The notes: generated from the letters alone by a model not told the origin. A stretch of DNA of 32,000 nucleotides from Candidatus Nanopusillus acidilobi (GCA_001552015.1 CP010514.1:330001-362000); one strand, 5' to 3'. Shown: positions 8,676 through 18,546, counted from the first letter of the stretch. A program made the numbers and translations.

Positions 8676-9542
8676 ATGTCAATATTTAAATATATGGTTA
8701 GTATATTTGATCAATTTTTTAGTGGTATAGAAAGGGATCTATTAATAATTAATTCTAAAGAAGATCCTTCTAAGTATATATATAAAGCTAAAATGTATTC
8801 AATAGGAATATCAATATCTGTATCAATATTAACATTCTTTTCCCTTTTAATGTATAATATAAAAGTATATGGATCTTTTAATCCAACTTTTCCAATAATA
8901 TTTGGAATACTTACTGGTATCGTAGGATTTTTTGGATCTTTATTTTTATTTAAAAAATATCCTTCAATAGAAAAACAAAATAGAGCTAAAAAAATAGATA
9001 ATTCTTTATATTATGCCGTATTATATATGGCTTCTTTAGTTTCTTCTGGTGCAACCCCAAAAGCATTATTCGAATTATTATCAAAATATAGCGAATTTTC
9101 AGAAATAAAAAAAGAAGCATCTGAAATAATATACTTAATAGATACTGTAGGGTTATCACTACCATTAGCATTAGAAAGAAAGGCGGAATATTCTCCATCA
9201 AAGAAATGGGCTTCAATATTAAATGGAATGAAATCAATAATAGTTGAGGGTGGAAATCTTGAGGAGTATTTATATAATGAAGCTGAGAAATTATTTGATG
9301 AATATAAAAGAAAAATAATAGAATATTCAAATAATATGCAAGTATTCTTAGAAATATATATAACATTAATAATTGTAGGAGTTATATTTGTAATTATATT
9401 AACTACATTGATGGGATCTATTTCTGGAACAAACTTTCAATACATAGAATTTATACAATTAATGAGTATATTAATAATATTGCCAATGGGTACAGTTATG
9501 TTTATTATATTACTAAAAGCAATTAGTCCATTTGAAACATAG
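8676..9542 (+). CDS. Single-domain T2SS-F/FlaJ/TadC-like polytopic membrane protein
   Basis: 288 aa with an ATG start. YYAVLYMASLVSSGATPKALFELLSKY...LPLALERKA...MKSIIVEGGNLEEYLYNEAEKL is the GspF/FlaJ-type cytoplasmic domain, flanked by TM helices. Confidence 0.75.
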   Translation: MSIFKYMVSIFDQFFSGIERDLLIINSKEDPSKYIYKAKMYSIGISISVSILTFFSLLMYNIKVYGSFNPTFPIIFGILTGIVGFFGSLFLFKKYPSIEKQNRAKKIDNSLYYAVLYMASLVSSGATPKALFELLSKYSEFSEIKKEASEIIYLIDTVGLSLPLALERKAEYSPSKKWASILNGMKSIIVEGGNLEEYLYNEAEKLFDEYKRKIIEYSNNMQVFLEIYITLIIVGVIFVIILTTLMGSISGTNFQYIEFIQLMSILIILPMGTVMFIILLKAISPFET

Positions 9543-9549
9543 TATAATT

Positions 9550-10212
9550 TTATCCTGCACTAATATTAAGATTATATATATTTAGAATATTCTGAATCAG
9601 TTGATTATCATTTATTACTTTAATTTCTCCATTTTCTAACCCATTTTTAATTATATCTACAAAATTTCCATTTTGATATTCTAAATAATTCAAAATTTTT
9701 TCAGATATTGAATATGAAAGATAGATTATCAATGTATTATTTATATTATTTATATATGAAATTGGTATGTTTGTAATTCCCTTACTAGTAAATACAAAGG
9801 CTCCACAAGAGTCATTTATACATAATATAAAAGAATATTGAGGATATATAATATTTAATTTTGTATAATATAATTCATAATTTTCCATATATAGAGAATT
9901 ATTTAATAAATAATCGTCTATTTCACTAATAAATTCTACAGAAGTATTTGAATTAGTAAAATTAAGATTTTTTTGATTAAGTACACCATTTATTGACATT
10001 TTAATTATATCATAAGTTGTTAAATTTAATCCATAATACCCAATTTCAGTTTCATTATCTGAAATATTATAAACATATGGTAATTTAAGAGAATATACTG
10101 GATAAAATAAATATCTATATATTATTGAAGCTAAAATCATAAAAATTGAAAATACTATTAAAAAAATCAAAATTTTATCTCTAATAGATGACTTCCTCAA
10201 TATTCCTCTCAT
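9550..10212 (-). CDS. Hypothetical N-terminally membrane-anchored protein
   Basis: 220 aa with an ATG start. MRGILRKSSIRDKILIFLIVFSIFMILASII is a signal anchor. The rest is Asn/Tyr/Ile-rich with several sequons. Its start overlaps the ndk 3' end by 32 nt. No family recognised. Confidence 0.55.
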   Translation of the reverse strand: MRGILRKSSIRDKILIFLIVFSIFMILASIIYRYLFYPVYSLKLPYVYNISDNETEIGYYGLNLTTYDIIKMSINGVLNQKNLNFTNSNTSVEFISEIDDYLLNNSLYMENYELYYTKLNIIYPQYSFILCINDSCGAFVFTSKGITNIPISYINNINNTLIIYLSYSISEKILNYLEYQNGNFVDIIKNGLENGEIKVINDNQLIQNILNIYNLNISAG

Positions 10213-10774
10213 AATTATAGATTTCTTCTGGCTTAAATATTACAAATATTTCTCTTTCTGCATCTTTTTCAGTTTCTGATGCATGAACAACATTCCTTAA
10301 AACAATCTTATTCCAATTTGCATAAGCTATTGATACATGAGCATAATCGCCTCTAATAGTACCTGGTGGAGCTTTTAAAGGTTCTGTTGGTCCAACTAAT
10401 TTTCTAACTTCTTCTACACAATTAACACCTTCTAATACCATAGCAACTACTGGACCTGATGTTATAAAATCTATTAGCCATCCTCTTATTATACTTCCAA
10501 TTTTCTTTGGATCATCAGTTCCAAATTCTTTTACAGGATCCAATCCCATCTCTTTATATCTTGTTATTGTCTTATTTCCAACACTTTCCAACCATTTTTC
10601 ATCTGCATAATAAAATTTTTCTGCTTGTTCTTTTGTTAATTTTATCATTTTTAATCCTATAATTTTTAAACCTGCTTTCTCAAATCTAGATATTATTTCT
10701 CCAACAATTCCTCTTTTAACACTATCTGGTTTTAATACTACCAATGTCTTCTGTATTAAATGCTTTCCATTCAT
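10181..10774 (-). CDS. ndk: Nucleoside diphosphate kinase (long form with insertions)
   Basis: Motifs TLVVLKPDSVKRGIVGEIISRFEKAG, GPVVAMVLEG, APPGTIRGDYA and NVVHASE (catalytic His). At 197 aa it is longer than the usual ~150 aa because of two internal insertions. Confidence 0.9.
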   Translation of the reverse strand: MNGKHLIQKTLVVLKPDSVKRGIVGEIISRFEKAGLKIIGLKMIKLTKEQAEKFYYADEKWLESVGNKTITRYKEMGLDPVKEFGTDDPKKIGSIIRGWLIDFITSGPVVAMVLEGVNCVEEVRKLVGPTEPLKAPPGTIRGDYAHVSIAYANWNKIVLRNVVHASETEKDAEREIFVIFKPEEIYNYERNIEEVIY

Positions 10775-10950
10775 ACTTTATTATAAAATACCGTCCATTT
10801 TAGCTTTTTATTGTCTCTCTTCATTTCCCAGTTTTTAATACACTTTCTTGAACAAAAATATAAAATAGTACCATTATTTAATGCATATATAATTCCAGTA
10901 CCTGGTTCTATTTCTCTCCCACAATATGAACACTTATTCTTAACAACCAT
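10771..10950 (-). CDS. rpl24e: Ribosomal protein L24e (eL24)
   Basis: Not in the ORF track (59 aa). My translation is MVVKNKCSYCGREIEPGTGIIYALNNGTILYFCSRKCIKNWEMKRDNKKLKWTVFYNKV, with the C-x2-C...C-x3-C zinc-ribbon pattern of L24e. Its TGA stop overlaps the ndk ATG. It starts 2 nt after the rps28e stop. Confidence 0.85.
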   Translation of the reverse strand: MVVKNKCSYCGREIEPGTGIIYALNNGTILYFCSRKCIKNWEMKRDNKKLKWTVFYNKV

Positions 10951-10952
10951 TT

Positions 10953-11246
10953 TTAATCTTTCTTTTCAATTGGCATAGCCGATATTTCTGTTTCCCTTAA
11001 TAATATTATATCCCCCTTTCTAACAGGTCCTATTACATTCCTTCTAAGAATTTTTCCGGAATCTGGACCATCAAGTATTCTTACAATAACATGCGTAGCT
11101 TCACCCCTCATACCAGTTCTTCCAACGACATCTAATACTTCTGCCTTGTATCCCTTAGTCCATGTTACAATATTTTCTTTTACAACATTTTCTTCAGCAT
11201 TTCTTATACCTTCTTCACCTGTTTTTGATACAACTTTTCTAGGCAT
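10953..11246 (-). CDS. rps28e: Ribosomal protein S28e (eS28) with an N-terminal extension
   Basis: The core [53 protein letters not shown] matches the S28e OB-fold signature. About 25-30 additional N-terminal residues. Confidence 0.9.
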   Translation of the reverse strand: MPRKVVSKTGEEGIRNAEENVVKENIVTWTKGYKAEVLDVVGRTGMRGEATHVIVRILDGPDSGKILRRNVIGPVRKGDIILLRETEISAMPIEKKD

Positions 11247-11298
11247 ACTGTAAGTAATTGTAAAATAATTTTTAAATCTTTTATTAAAATATCTAAAA

Positions 11299-14200
11299 AT
11301 GACATCTGAAAATTCTAATTTAAATAATAATAAACAAGAAACAAAAGTTAATAGATTAAGAAAAATATTCTCATGGAATATACTAATAGATGTATTATTA
11401 ATTATATTTATATTCTTATTTACTTTGGGATCAAAAGGTTTATTACTTAATTTCTTAGGAAATTATTCTTTAGTAGGACCTGATGCATACTTAATGTTTA
11501 AATATTTTGAATCTTTAGTATTTAATCATACAGTAAATAGTTTTACATATAATTTAAATTATCCATTACCATTTTATTTATACAATAAAGATCTTGTATC
11601 ATATTTAGCATTTTTATCTTATTTGATGTTCCAAAACTTTGGTAATCAAATTATTGCATTATTAAATATTTTACAAATACATCCAGCATCAAATATTATT
11701 TTATGGTTAGCAGCAGACTTTACAAATGTATATGTTCCTGCAATTGCTTCAATTATATTTTATTTTTTAGCAAGGAATATATTCAAAGATAAATATTTAG
11801 CACTTTTTTCTTCTATGATTTTTGCTATAAATCCATTTTTGACAACAAGACTAATTTTATTTGATACTGAATTAGGAGCAATTATTTTCCTAGTATTATC
11901 TTTCTACCTTATAATTAAATACTTTAATGCAAAACCTGAGAATAATAAATACAAAAAATTATTCTTAATTCTTTATTCAATTATTAGCTTAATAATATTT
12001 TATAAAACATCTTTATTACCAAATCCAGATGTATATTTAACAATTGAATTATTTGTATTCTTCTTTATATTATTATTATTATATCCAGTATTCAAAGGAT
12101 CAAGAGCTTATTATTTAACATTATTAATATTTACTACTGCATTAACTAGAAAAGGATGGGGTGGATGGATAATAATACCAATTGTATTTGGTTTAACATT
12201 ATTAATTAGATATTTCTATGATAGAGATTATAAAGATATATATTTCTATTTACCATATATTGGATTTACTGGAATATTAGATAATTTATTAACACCTGGG
12301 GTTTTAGGAATTGGTTTATTTTTAAGTTATCACAATCTATTTTTAGAACTTTCAATGATTTTGATATTTTTATATGAAATATTAAAAGATAATAAAATAC
12401 TGGAAAAAATTACTGAAAGTAAAACATATCTGCTAATATTATCTATTTTGTCTGGATTAATCCCAGGAATACCTATATTCATTATAAATAAATATACTAA
12501 AGATAATAAATTACTAAAGAAATATACAATATTTCTAATAATCCTTATTATATCCTTACCATTTTTAATTGATAAATTAATTATATCTTTCTTATATAAT
12601 CCATTTACATATGCAAGAATGGGTTCTACAATTGCAGAATTTCAACCAACTACTGCAGGATATTATTTTGGTTTATTTGGACCAATTGGTTTAATATTAA
12701 CTTATTTGGGTCTTGGATATCTAATATTTGATAAAAATAAGTCTAAAAATCTTTTAATATCTGAATTTTTGTTTATATTTATATTAACTATATCGGAATT
12801 TCTTATTGGCCCATCTATATATCTTTTAACATTTTATCTATTAATTTATTCTATATTTATAATATCATATAATAAAGAAAGTAATATATATGATATTATA
12901 AAGACAATATTTGAAACATTTACATTATCAATTGCCATTCAATTTGTAATATTTTCAGATTTAGTAATTAATGGAATATATATAAGTATATTTATATCTT
13001 GGGTTACTTTTCTCATTTTAGCAGTCTATATTTCATTATTTAATAGAAATCTAAATGATGGAGAAATATTTGTATTATCATTATCATTTATAGCACTTAT
13101 TGTAGGAAAATATATATATGAATTAGTTTATTATAATGGTTTGGCTCTCCCATTATTATATATATTTGGTATAGAAATATTCAATTTATTTAAAGATGAA
13201 TTTTCCAAATTAAAGAATATTATAAAAGAAAATTTAATATTAATATTATTATTAATTTCATCTATTTCAGGAATATCTCTATTTATATCAACAAACATAT
13301 TCTTATTCTTAATTCCACTGATATTTTTAGCAATATATATTTTATATGAATATATATTAGATAAGAATTTGGACCTATTTAATTTATTTAAATATAGTTT
13401 AATTTTATTTACAATATTTGGTCCTTTATTTTCTATAAGCAATAAAATCTATGGATATCCTGGATATATAGCAAACTATTTTTCAAGTGCTGGTCAATAT
13501 GGAACTCCAGATTATGAAATAAATACTTTCTTATGGATAAGTCAAAATACTCCACAAAATTCTATTATAAATTCTTGGTGGGATTATGGATATTATATTT
13601 ATGTATTGGGAAATAGAACTGCATGGATAAATGGTGCAAATGCATATCCATATTGGAATCATTTAATGGGTAGATATGGTTTATCTTCAGATAATATAAC
13701 ACAAACATTACAATTATTCTATGTACATGCAGATTATAATTATCAAACATTTAAAACATTGGAATTATTCAATGAAAATTCAATATTCTATAATTATTTA
13801 TATAAATATTTGGGATTTAATGAAAGTGAAGTAAATGAAATTGAAGAATTAAAAGATTCCTTAGGATATAAAAATTGGATAAATCTATTATATCAATTTA
13901 ATGGATCTCCAGAATCAATTTCATCATATAACTTATCTCAACAAGATATAGAACTATTAGAAAAATTGTATAATATGAATTATTTGAAACCAGCATATTT
14001 ATATATAGATCCTACAGATATAGGAAAATCCTTTGCTTTCCAATTTTTAGGATCAAATGAAAGTTATGATAAAGAATCATGGATATCTCAATTTGCATCT
14101 GGAACAACAGAAAATCCGGGACCAACAATACCTTCAGTATATTATGATGGATATTATATATTTGCAACAAATAATAGTTTATTCTACTTTGGTCAAGAAC

Positions 14201-14877
14201 CATTGGATCAAGATTTGAATATTAATGGAACTATAATAAATAGATGCATATATGTACAGAACCAGGGTATAATTAACCAAAATAGTTGTGGAATAATAAC
14301 TGGAGTCCAATTATTATTTAATCAATCTATAGTAGAAAGATCTGGAATATATCAGACATTAAATATAGATAATATTAATCCAGATAATTTAATAGGGGCA
14401 TATGTATATATTTATTATCCATTAAATAATCAACAATATTCACTTTCATTAAAATATATAGATATTGATGGACAATTGATTACATTTAATAATTCTCAAT
14501 ATGATGGATTATTATATATAACCCCAGATTACTCATTATTACAGCAAAATAATCCATTAGGATTGTTCTTATATGCATATTTTATATCACAAAAAGCTAC
14601 CCAATATGATTGGGTACAATTATATTTCTTAAACAATGATTATAATGGAACATTTAATCCTGTATTTTATTCAAATGAATTATATAGCCTTCCTTCAATA
14701 ATATATTATGATATTCCTCCAGCAAAAGTATGGAAAATTAATTTCCCAGAGAACTTCACAGTTCCAGATTATTTATATTGTATCTATCTAGCAACAAATA
14801 TTCAACAAATAAATGAATGTGGAAAAATATATAATTTAGCCTATTATGAAAATATGAAAAATTATTATGATGTATGA
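11299..14877 (+). CDS. aglB: Archaeal oligosaccharyltransferase AglB (STT3 family), unusually long
   Basis: 1192 aa. WWDYG lies at residues 760-764 (nt 13576-13590). An acidic EL1-like motif [11 protein letters not shown] sits near residue 60. The polytopic N-terminal region is about 750 aa. Confidence 0.9.
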   Translation: MTSENSNLNNNKQETKVNRLRKIFSWNILIDVLLIIFIFLFTLGSKGLLLNFLGNYSLVGPDAYLMFKYFESLVFNHTVNSFTYNLNYPLPFYLYNKDLVSYLAFLSYLMFQNFGNQIIALLNILQIHPASNIILWLAADFTNVYVPAIASIIFYFLARNIFKDKYLALFSSMIFAINPFLTTRLILFDTELGAIIFLVLSFYLIIKYFNAKPENNKYKKLFLILYSIISLIIFYKTSLLPNPDVYLTIELFVFFFILLLLYPVFKGSRAYYLTLLIFTTALTRKGWGGWIIIPIVFGLTLLIRYFYDRDYKDIYFYLPYIGFTGILDNLLTPGVLGIGLFLSYHNLFLELSMILIFLYEILKDNKILEKITESKTYLLILSILSGLIPGIPIFIINKYTKDNKLLKKYTIFLIILIISLPFLIDKLIISFLYNPFTYARMGSTIAEFQPTTAGYYFGLFGPIGLILTYLGLGYLIFDKNKSKNLLISEFLFIFILTISEFLIGPSIYLLTFYLLIYSIFIISYNKESNIYDIIKTIFETFTLSIAIQFVIFSDLVINGIYISIFISWVTFLILAVYISLFNRNLNDGEIFVLSLSFIALIVGKYIYELVYYNGLALPLLYIFGIEIFNLFKDEFSKLKNIIKENLILILLLISSISGISLFISTNIFLFLIPLIFLAIYILYEYILDKNLDLFNLFKYSLILFTIFGPLFSISNKIYGYPGYIANYFSSAGQYGTPDYEINTFLWISQNTPQNSIINSWWDYGYYIYVLGNRTAWINGANAYPYWNHLMGRYGLSSDNITQTLQLFYVHADYNYQTFKTLELFNENSIFYNYLYKYLGFNESEVNEIEELKDSLGYKNWINLLYQFNGSPESISSYNLSQQDIELLEKLYNMNYLKPAYLYIDPTDIGKSFAFQFLGSNESYDKESWISQFASGTTENPGPTIPSVYYDGYYIFATNNSLFYFGQEPLDQDLNINGTIINRCIYVQNQGIINQNSCGIITGVQLLFNQSIVERSGIYQTLNIDNINPDNLIGAYVYIYYPLNNQQYSLSLKYIDIDGQLITFNNSQYDGLLYITPDYSLLQQNNPLGLFLYAYFISQKATQYDWVQLYFLNNDYNGTFNPVFYSNELYSLPSIIYYDIPPAKVWKINFPENFTVPDYLYCIYLATNIQQINECGKIYNLAYYENMKNYYDV

Positions 14878-15877
14878 AGAAATTTTAATTGCTGTATTAC
14901 CACTAATATTGTCTTTTTTTGTTTCATATTATTTAATAAAAAAATGGATACCAATTGCTCATAAAGAAGGATATATAGGAAAAGATATGAATAAGTATAA
15001 TAAACCTGAAGTAGCAGAAATTGGTGGTTTATATGCAATAATTGGTACAATATTTGGAATATTATTATATATTGGATTAAAAGTATATATATTAGGAACT
15101 ACAGAAGATTTAGTAGAAGTATTTTCAATATTAACATTATTATCATTAACTACAATATTAGGATTATTTGACGATATATTAGGATGGAAAAAAGGATTGA
15201 AACCTTTACATAGAGTAATTCTATCATTTATATTAGCACTACCATTAATGATAATATCTGCAGGTAATTCATATATTAATTTACCATTTGTAGGAGAAGT
15301 AAATTTTGGAATATTATATCCACTATTAATAGTACCAATTGCAATAATGGGTACATCAAATGCATTTAATATGCTTGCTGGATATAATGGTTTGGAAGGA
15401 TCTATGGGTATTTTACTAATTGGTGCAATAGGATTAGAGTCATATTTAATTGGTAATTATTATTTAGCAGAAATATCATTAATAACAATATTTTCAATAA
15501 TAGCATTTCTAATATTTAACTGGTATCCAGCAAAAGTATTTCCTGGAAATGCATTTACATATGGTATTGGATCTCTATTTGGTGCAATAGTAATATTAGG
15601 AAACCTTGAAAAATTTGGACTAATTTTGTTTACATTATATTTCTTGGAATTGATATTATTTATAAGAGGACTATTAAATCATATATACAAAGAAAACTTT
15701 GGAATACCTGATGAAAATAATAATCTAAAAGAACCATATGATAAAACATATAGTGTTACTCATCTTGCAATTAAAATAAATAGAAAGATATTTAAGAAAG
15801 CAACAGAGAAAATGGTGGTATATACAATAATTTTACTACAAATAATAATAACAATAATAGCTTTTATATATGGATAA
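14867..15877 (+). CDS. Dolichyl-phosphate HexNAc-1-phosphate transferase (Alg7/AglH type, Glycos_transf_4 family)
   Basis: 336-aa polytopic protein. Motifs LFDDILGW and NAFNMLAGYNGLEGS (eukaryal/archaeal GPT-type N-x-x-N-x-L-A-G-x-N-G-L-E). Overlaps aglB by 11 nt. Confidence 0.8.
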   Translation: MMYEEILIAVLPLILSFFVSYYLIKKWIPIAHKEGYIGKDMNKYNKPEVAEIGGLYAIIGTIFGILLYIGLKVYILGTTEDLVEVFSILTLLSLTTILGLFDDILGWKKGLKPLHRVILSFILALPLMIISAGNSYINLPFVGEVNFGILYPLLIVPIAIMGTSNAFNMLAGYNGLEGSMGILLIGAIGLESYLIGNYYLAEISLITIFSIIAFLIFNWYPAKVFPGNAFTYGIGSLFGAIVILGNLEKFGLILFTLYFLELILFIRGLLNHIYKENFGIPDENNNLKEPYDKTYSVTHLAIKINRKIFKKATEKMVVYTIILLQIIITIIAFIYG

Positions 15878-17660
15878 CTTAATCTATATCTTTTTTAATA
15901 AAGATACAAGAAAATTAATTTACAATATTAAAATATTATATAATTTCTGCCAAAAAAATAATTTAAATCTAATTTGTATAACTTATAAGAAATATAAAGA
16001 TATAGCATTAAAAATAAAAGAAAATTATAATTTAACATTTTATCTATTAGAAAATAAAAAAGAAATTAGAAAATTAAAAATTGAAGGAAATAATATAATA
16101 ATATACAATAATATAAATAAAAATATATATGATATATATAGAAAAAGAAAATTTATAGATAATCTTATTGGTTTAATAAGAGAGAATTTCCTAATTTTCA
16201 ATTTAATAAACCCATATATAATATTTGGAAAAAACATTAGAATATATGAAAATTTTTTATTAACATATTTAGGAAATAAAAAATTCTATATAGATGAAAG
16301 ATATAAAATTAACAAATTTTTCTTAGAAGAATTATTTATTAATTTAATAATATATTATGATAAAATAATTAAGACTTTTAATAAAATATTGAATCTAAAA
16401 TATTTCAAAGATTATATACATGAAAAAATAGGATTAATAACATATAAAGCTATCACTTTTTTATTATTAGTAATTTTAGCTAGAATATTAACAGATACAT
16501 TCTATGGAGCATATGTATCAATATATAATTTTTTAGGATTGATTGCTGGAATAATAGGATCCTCAAATATAATATTAACAAAATATTTATCCGAATATAA
16601 AGATAATAAATATATTAAAATTGATATATATCTAAAAATTATTTTTTCATTATTTATCCTTCTAATTATTTTCATATTTCCAAATTATTTCTTATCTACA
16701 ACTTTCTATGGATATAATTTTATAGATGTTTTAATCATATACATAACTGCAATATTATTATCTTTAATCGGAGTTTATTTTTCTATATTTTATTCGCAAT
16801 TAAATATAGAATCTGCTAAAAATCTATACATATTAGAAGCTTTACTTAAATTTATTTTCATAGTTTCTTTAACAATCATAATAAGGAATACTGGTTTTAT
16901 ATTTGGTTTATTTTTAACCTATTTTATTTTAAGTTTTGTTTATCTTTATAAATTAAAGAAAAATAAAATTAATTTTGTATCAATATTAAAAGAAAAAATT
17001 AATTTTAATGATTTTAAAAAATATCTAAAATCTACCATACTTATTAGTCTGCCAGTAACTTTACTAGGTTTATATTCTTCAATAGATATACAAATATTAA
17101 GAACATTTACAAGCTATAATATAGTTGGAGAATTTTATTCTGCATTAGTAATTGTCTATACATTATCTGGAATATTCACTATAGGTAATATAACATTACC
17201 AAGAATATTAAGATGGGAAAAAGAAAAAGTTATTAGAAACATAAATAGATTAATATTAATACAATTTCTAATTAACATTATATTAACTGGATTAATAATA
17301 TTAATTGGTCCTTATATAATACTAATTATATTTGGAAAAAATTATCAATTATCAGCAAATATAATAAAATATCTTTCCATTATTTTAATAATAAATTCTT
17401 TGAATGTATATAACTTAATATTATATAGAAGGGATATGGAAAAATATTATCCAATATATGCAATAACAACTGCTCTACTTTCAATAATTACAGATATTAT
17501 ATTGATATCAAAATTTAAATTATCTGGAGCAATTGCTTCAGCAATATTAGCAAATACATATATTGGACTAATAAGTTATATTATATATGAAACAAAATTC
17601 AATAATATCCCTTCCAGATCTATTTTTAGATATAATTACAAAGAAAATAGATATAAATAA
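15870..17660 (+). CDS. Wzx/MOP-type oligosaccharide flippase-like membrane protein with an unknown ~190-aa soluble N-terminal domain
   Basis: 596 aa. Residues ~190-596 contain about 12 hydrophobic segments and start like polysaccharide-biosynthesis (Wzx) proteins (ITFLLLVILARILTDTFYGAYVSIYNFLGLI). The N-terminal part is Lys/Asn/Ile-rich with no motif I recognise. Confidence 0.55.
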   Translation: MDNLIYIFFNKDTRKLIYNIKILYNFCQKNNLNLICITYKKYKDIALKIKENYNLTFYLLENKKEIRKLKIEGNNIIIYNNINKNIYDIYRKRKFIDNLIGLIRENFLIFNLINPYIIFGKNIRIYENFLLTYLGNKKFYIDERYKINKFFLEELFINLIIYYDKIIKTFNKILNLKYFKDYIHEKIGLITYKAITFLLLVILARILTDTFYGAYVSIYNFLGLIAGIIGSSNIILTKYLSEYKDNKYIKIDIYLKIIFSLFILLIIFIFPNYFLSTTFYGYNFIDVLIIYITAILLSLIGVYFSIFYSQLNIESAKNLYILEALLKFIFIVSLTIIIRNTGFIFGLFLTYFILSFVYLYKLKKNKINFVSILKEKINFNDFKKYLKSTILISLPVTLLGLYSSIDIQILRTFTSYNIVGEFYSALVIVYTLSGIFTIGNITLPRILRWEKEKVIRNINRLILIQFLINIILTGLIILIGPYIILIIFGKNYQLSANIIKYLSIILIINSLNVYNLILYRRDMEKYYPIYAITTALLSIITDIILISKFKLSGAIASAILANTYIGLISYIIYETKFNNIPSRSIFRYNYKENRYK

Positions 17661-18459
17661 AAATACCGGAAACATAAATCAGGAGATCAAATTAAAAATC
17701 GGAGGAAATGCTGCAAATTTTTCAATTGCATTAAGTAAAATTGGAATTAAAAATAAATTAATAGCCGGATGTAATGAAATTTCAGAATTAATATTTAAAC
17801 AATATATAAAAGATAAAAAATTAAAGATAAGATTTTTACCAATATATACAGATATTTCTATTACTATTAGTTTAGAAGATGATGATAGAATTATGATAAC
17901 AGATCCAAAAGGAATTCAAATTGGAATTAATGAAATTAAAAAATATGAAAAAGTATTAAAGAAAAAAGAATATATATTCTTTGGAAATTGGAATAATAAT
18001 AAAAAGTCAAATGAATTATTAAAATATATAATTAATTTAAATAGAGATGCAAAAATATATTTGGATATAGGAGATCCTTCAATAAATATTGAAAATTTAA
18101 ATGAATTAATTAAAATATTAAAAGAAAAAAGAATATGGGTTTTAAGTTTAAATGAATATGAATTAGAATATTTAGGAAATTTTCTTAAATTAGATTATGA
18201 GAATCTATTAGATTTAGCAAATAAGTTATATAAAACATTAAATGTAGAACATTTAGATATTCATTCTCCAGATTTTGTTTATTCTTTACCATCAGAAGTA
18301 TATATAAAAATTGAGAAAGTTAAACCAATAATATTAACAGGCGCAGGAGATACATGGAATGCTGGAAATTTTTATGGATATTTAAATAATCTAGATAATA
18401 AAGATAGATTACTTTTTGCAAATGAAATTGCTAAGAAATATATATTAAATGAATTTTAA
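17587..18459 (+). CDS. PfkB-family carbohydrate/nucleoside kinase
   Basis: 290 aa. Motifs GGNAANFSIALSKIG and the C-terminal anion-hole motif TGAGDTWNAGNFYG. Its ATG start overlaps the flippase-like gene by 74 nt. Confidence 0.75.
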   Translation: MKQNSIISLPDLFLDIITKKIDINKNTGNINQEIKLKIGGNAANFSIALSKIGIKNKLIAGCNEISELIFKQYIKDKKLKIRFLPIYTDISITISLEDDDRIMITDPKGIQIGINEIKKYEKVLKKKEYIFFGNWNNNKKSNELLKYIINLNRDAKIYLDIGDPSINIENLNELIKILKEKRIWVLSLNEYELEYLGNFLKLDYENLLDLANKLYKTLNVEHLDIHSPDFVYSLPSEVYIKIEKVKPIILTGAGDTWNAGNFYGYLNNLDNKDRLLFANEIAKKYILNEF

Positions 18460-18475
18460 TATTTTTTTAATAAAA

Positions 18476-18546
18476 CGCCCCCGCCGGGATTTGAACCCGG
18501 GTCACGGGATCGACAGTCCCGTATGCTGCCGCTACACCACGGAGGC
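18476..18546 (-). tRNA. tRNA-Asp (anticodon GUC)
   Basis: Folded by hand: GCCTCCG TG GTGT AGCGGCA GCAT A CGGGA CTGTCGA TCCCG TGAC CCGGG TTCAAAT CCCGG CGGGGGC G. Length 71 nt, no CCA. The 5' end directly abuts the stop codon of the upstream CDS (18547). Confidence 0.85.

Noticed and set aside
8986-16237. Antisense or overlapping ORFs 8986-9366, 13131-13442, 13565-13750, 14012-14203, 14865-15050 and 16040-16237 (-)
   Set aside because: All lie inside well-supported plus-strand membrane-protein genes (the T2SS-F protein, aglB, the AglH-like gene and the flippase-like gene). They lack any motif or plausible start context.
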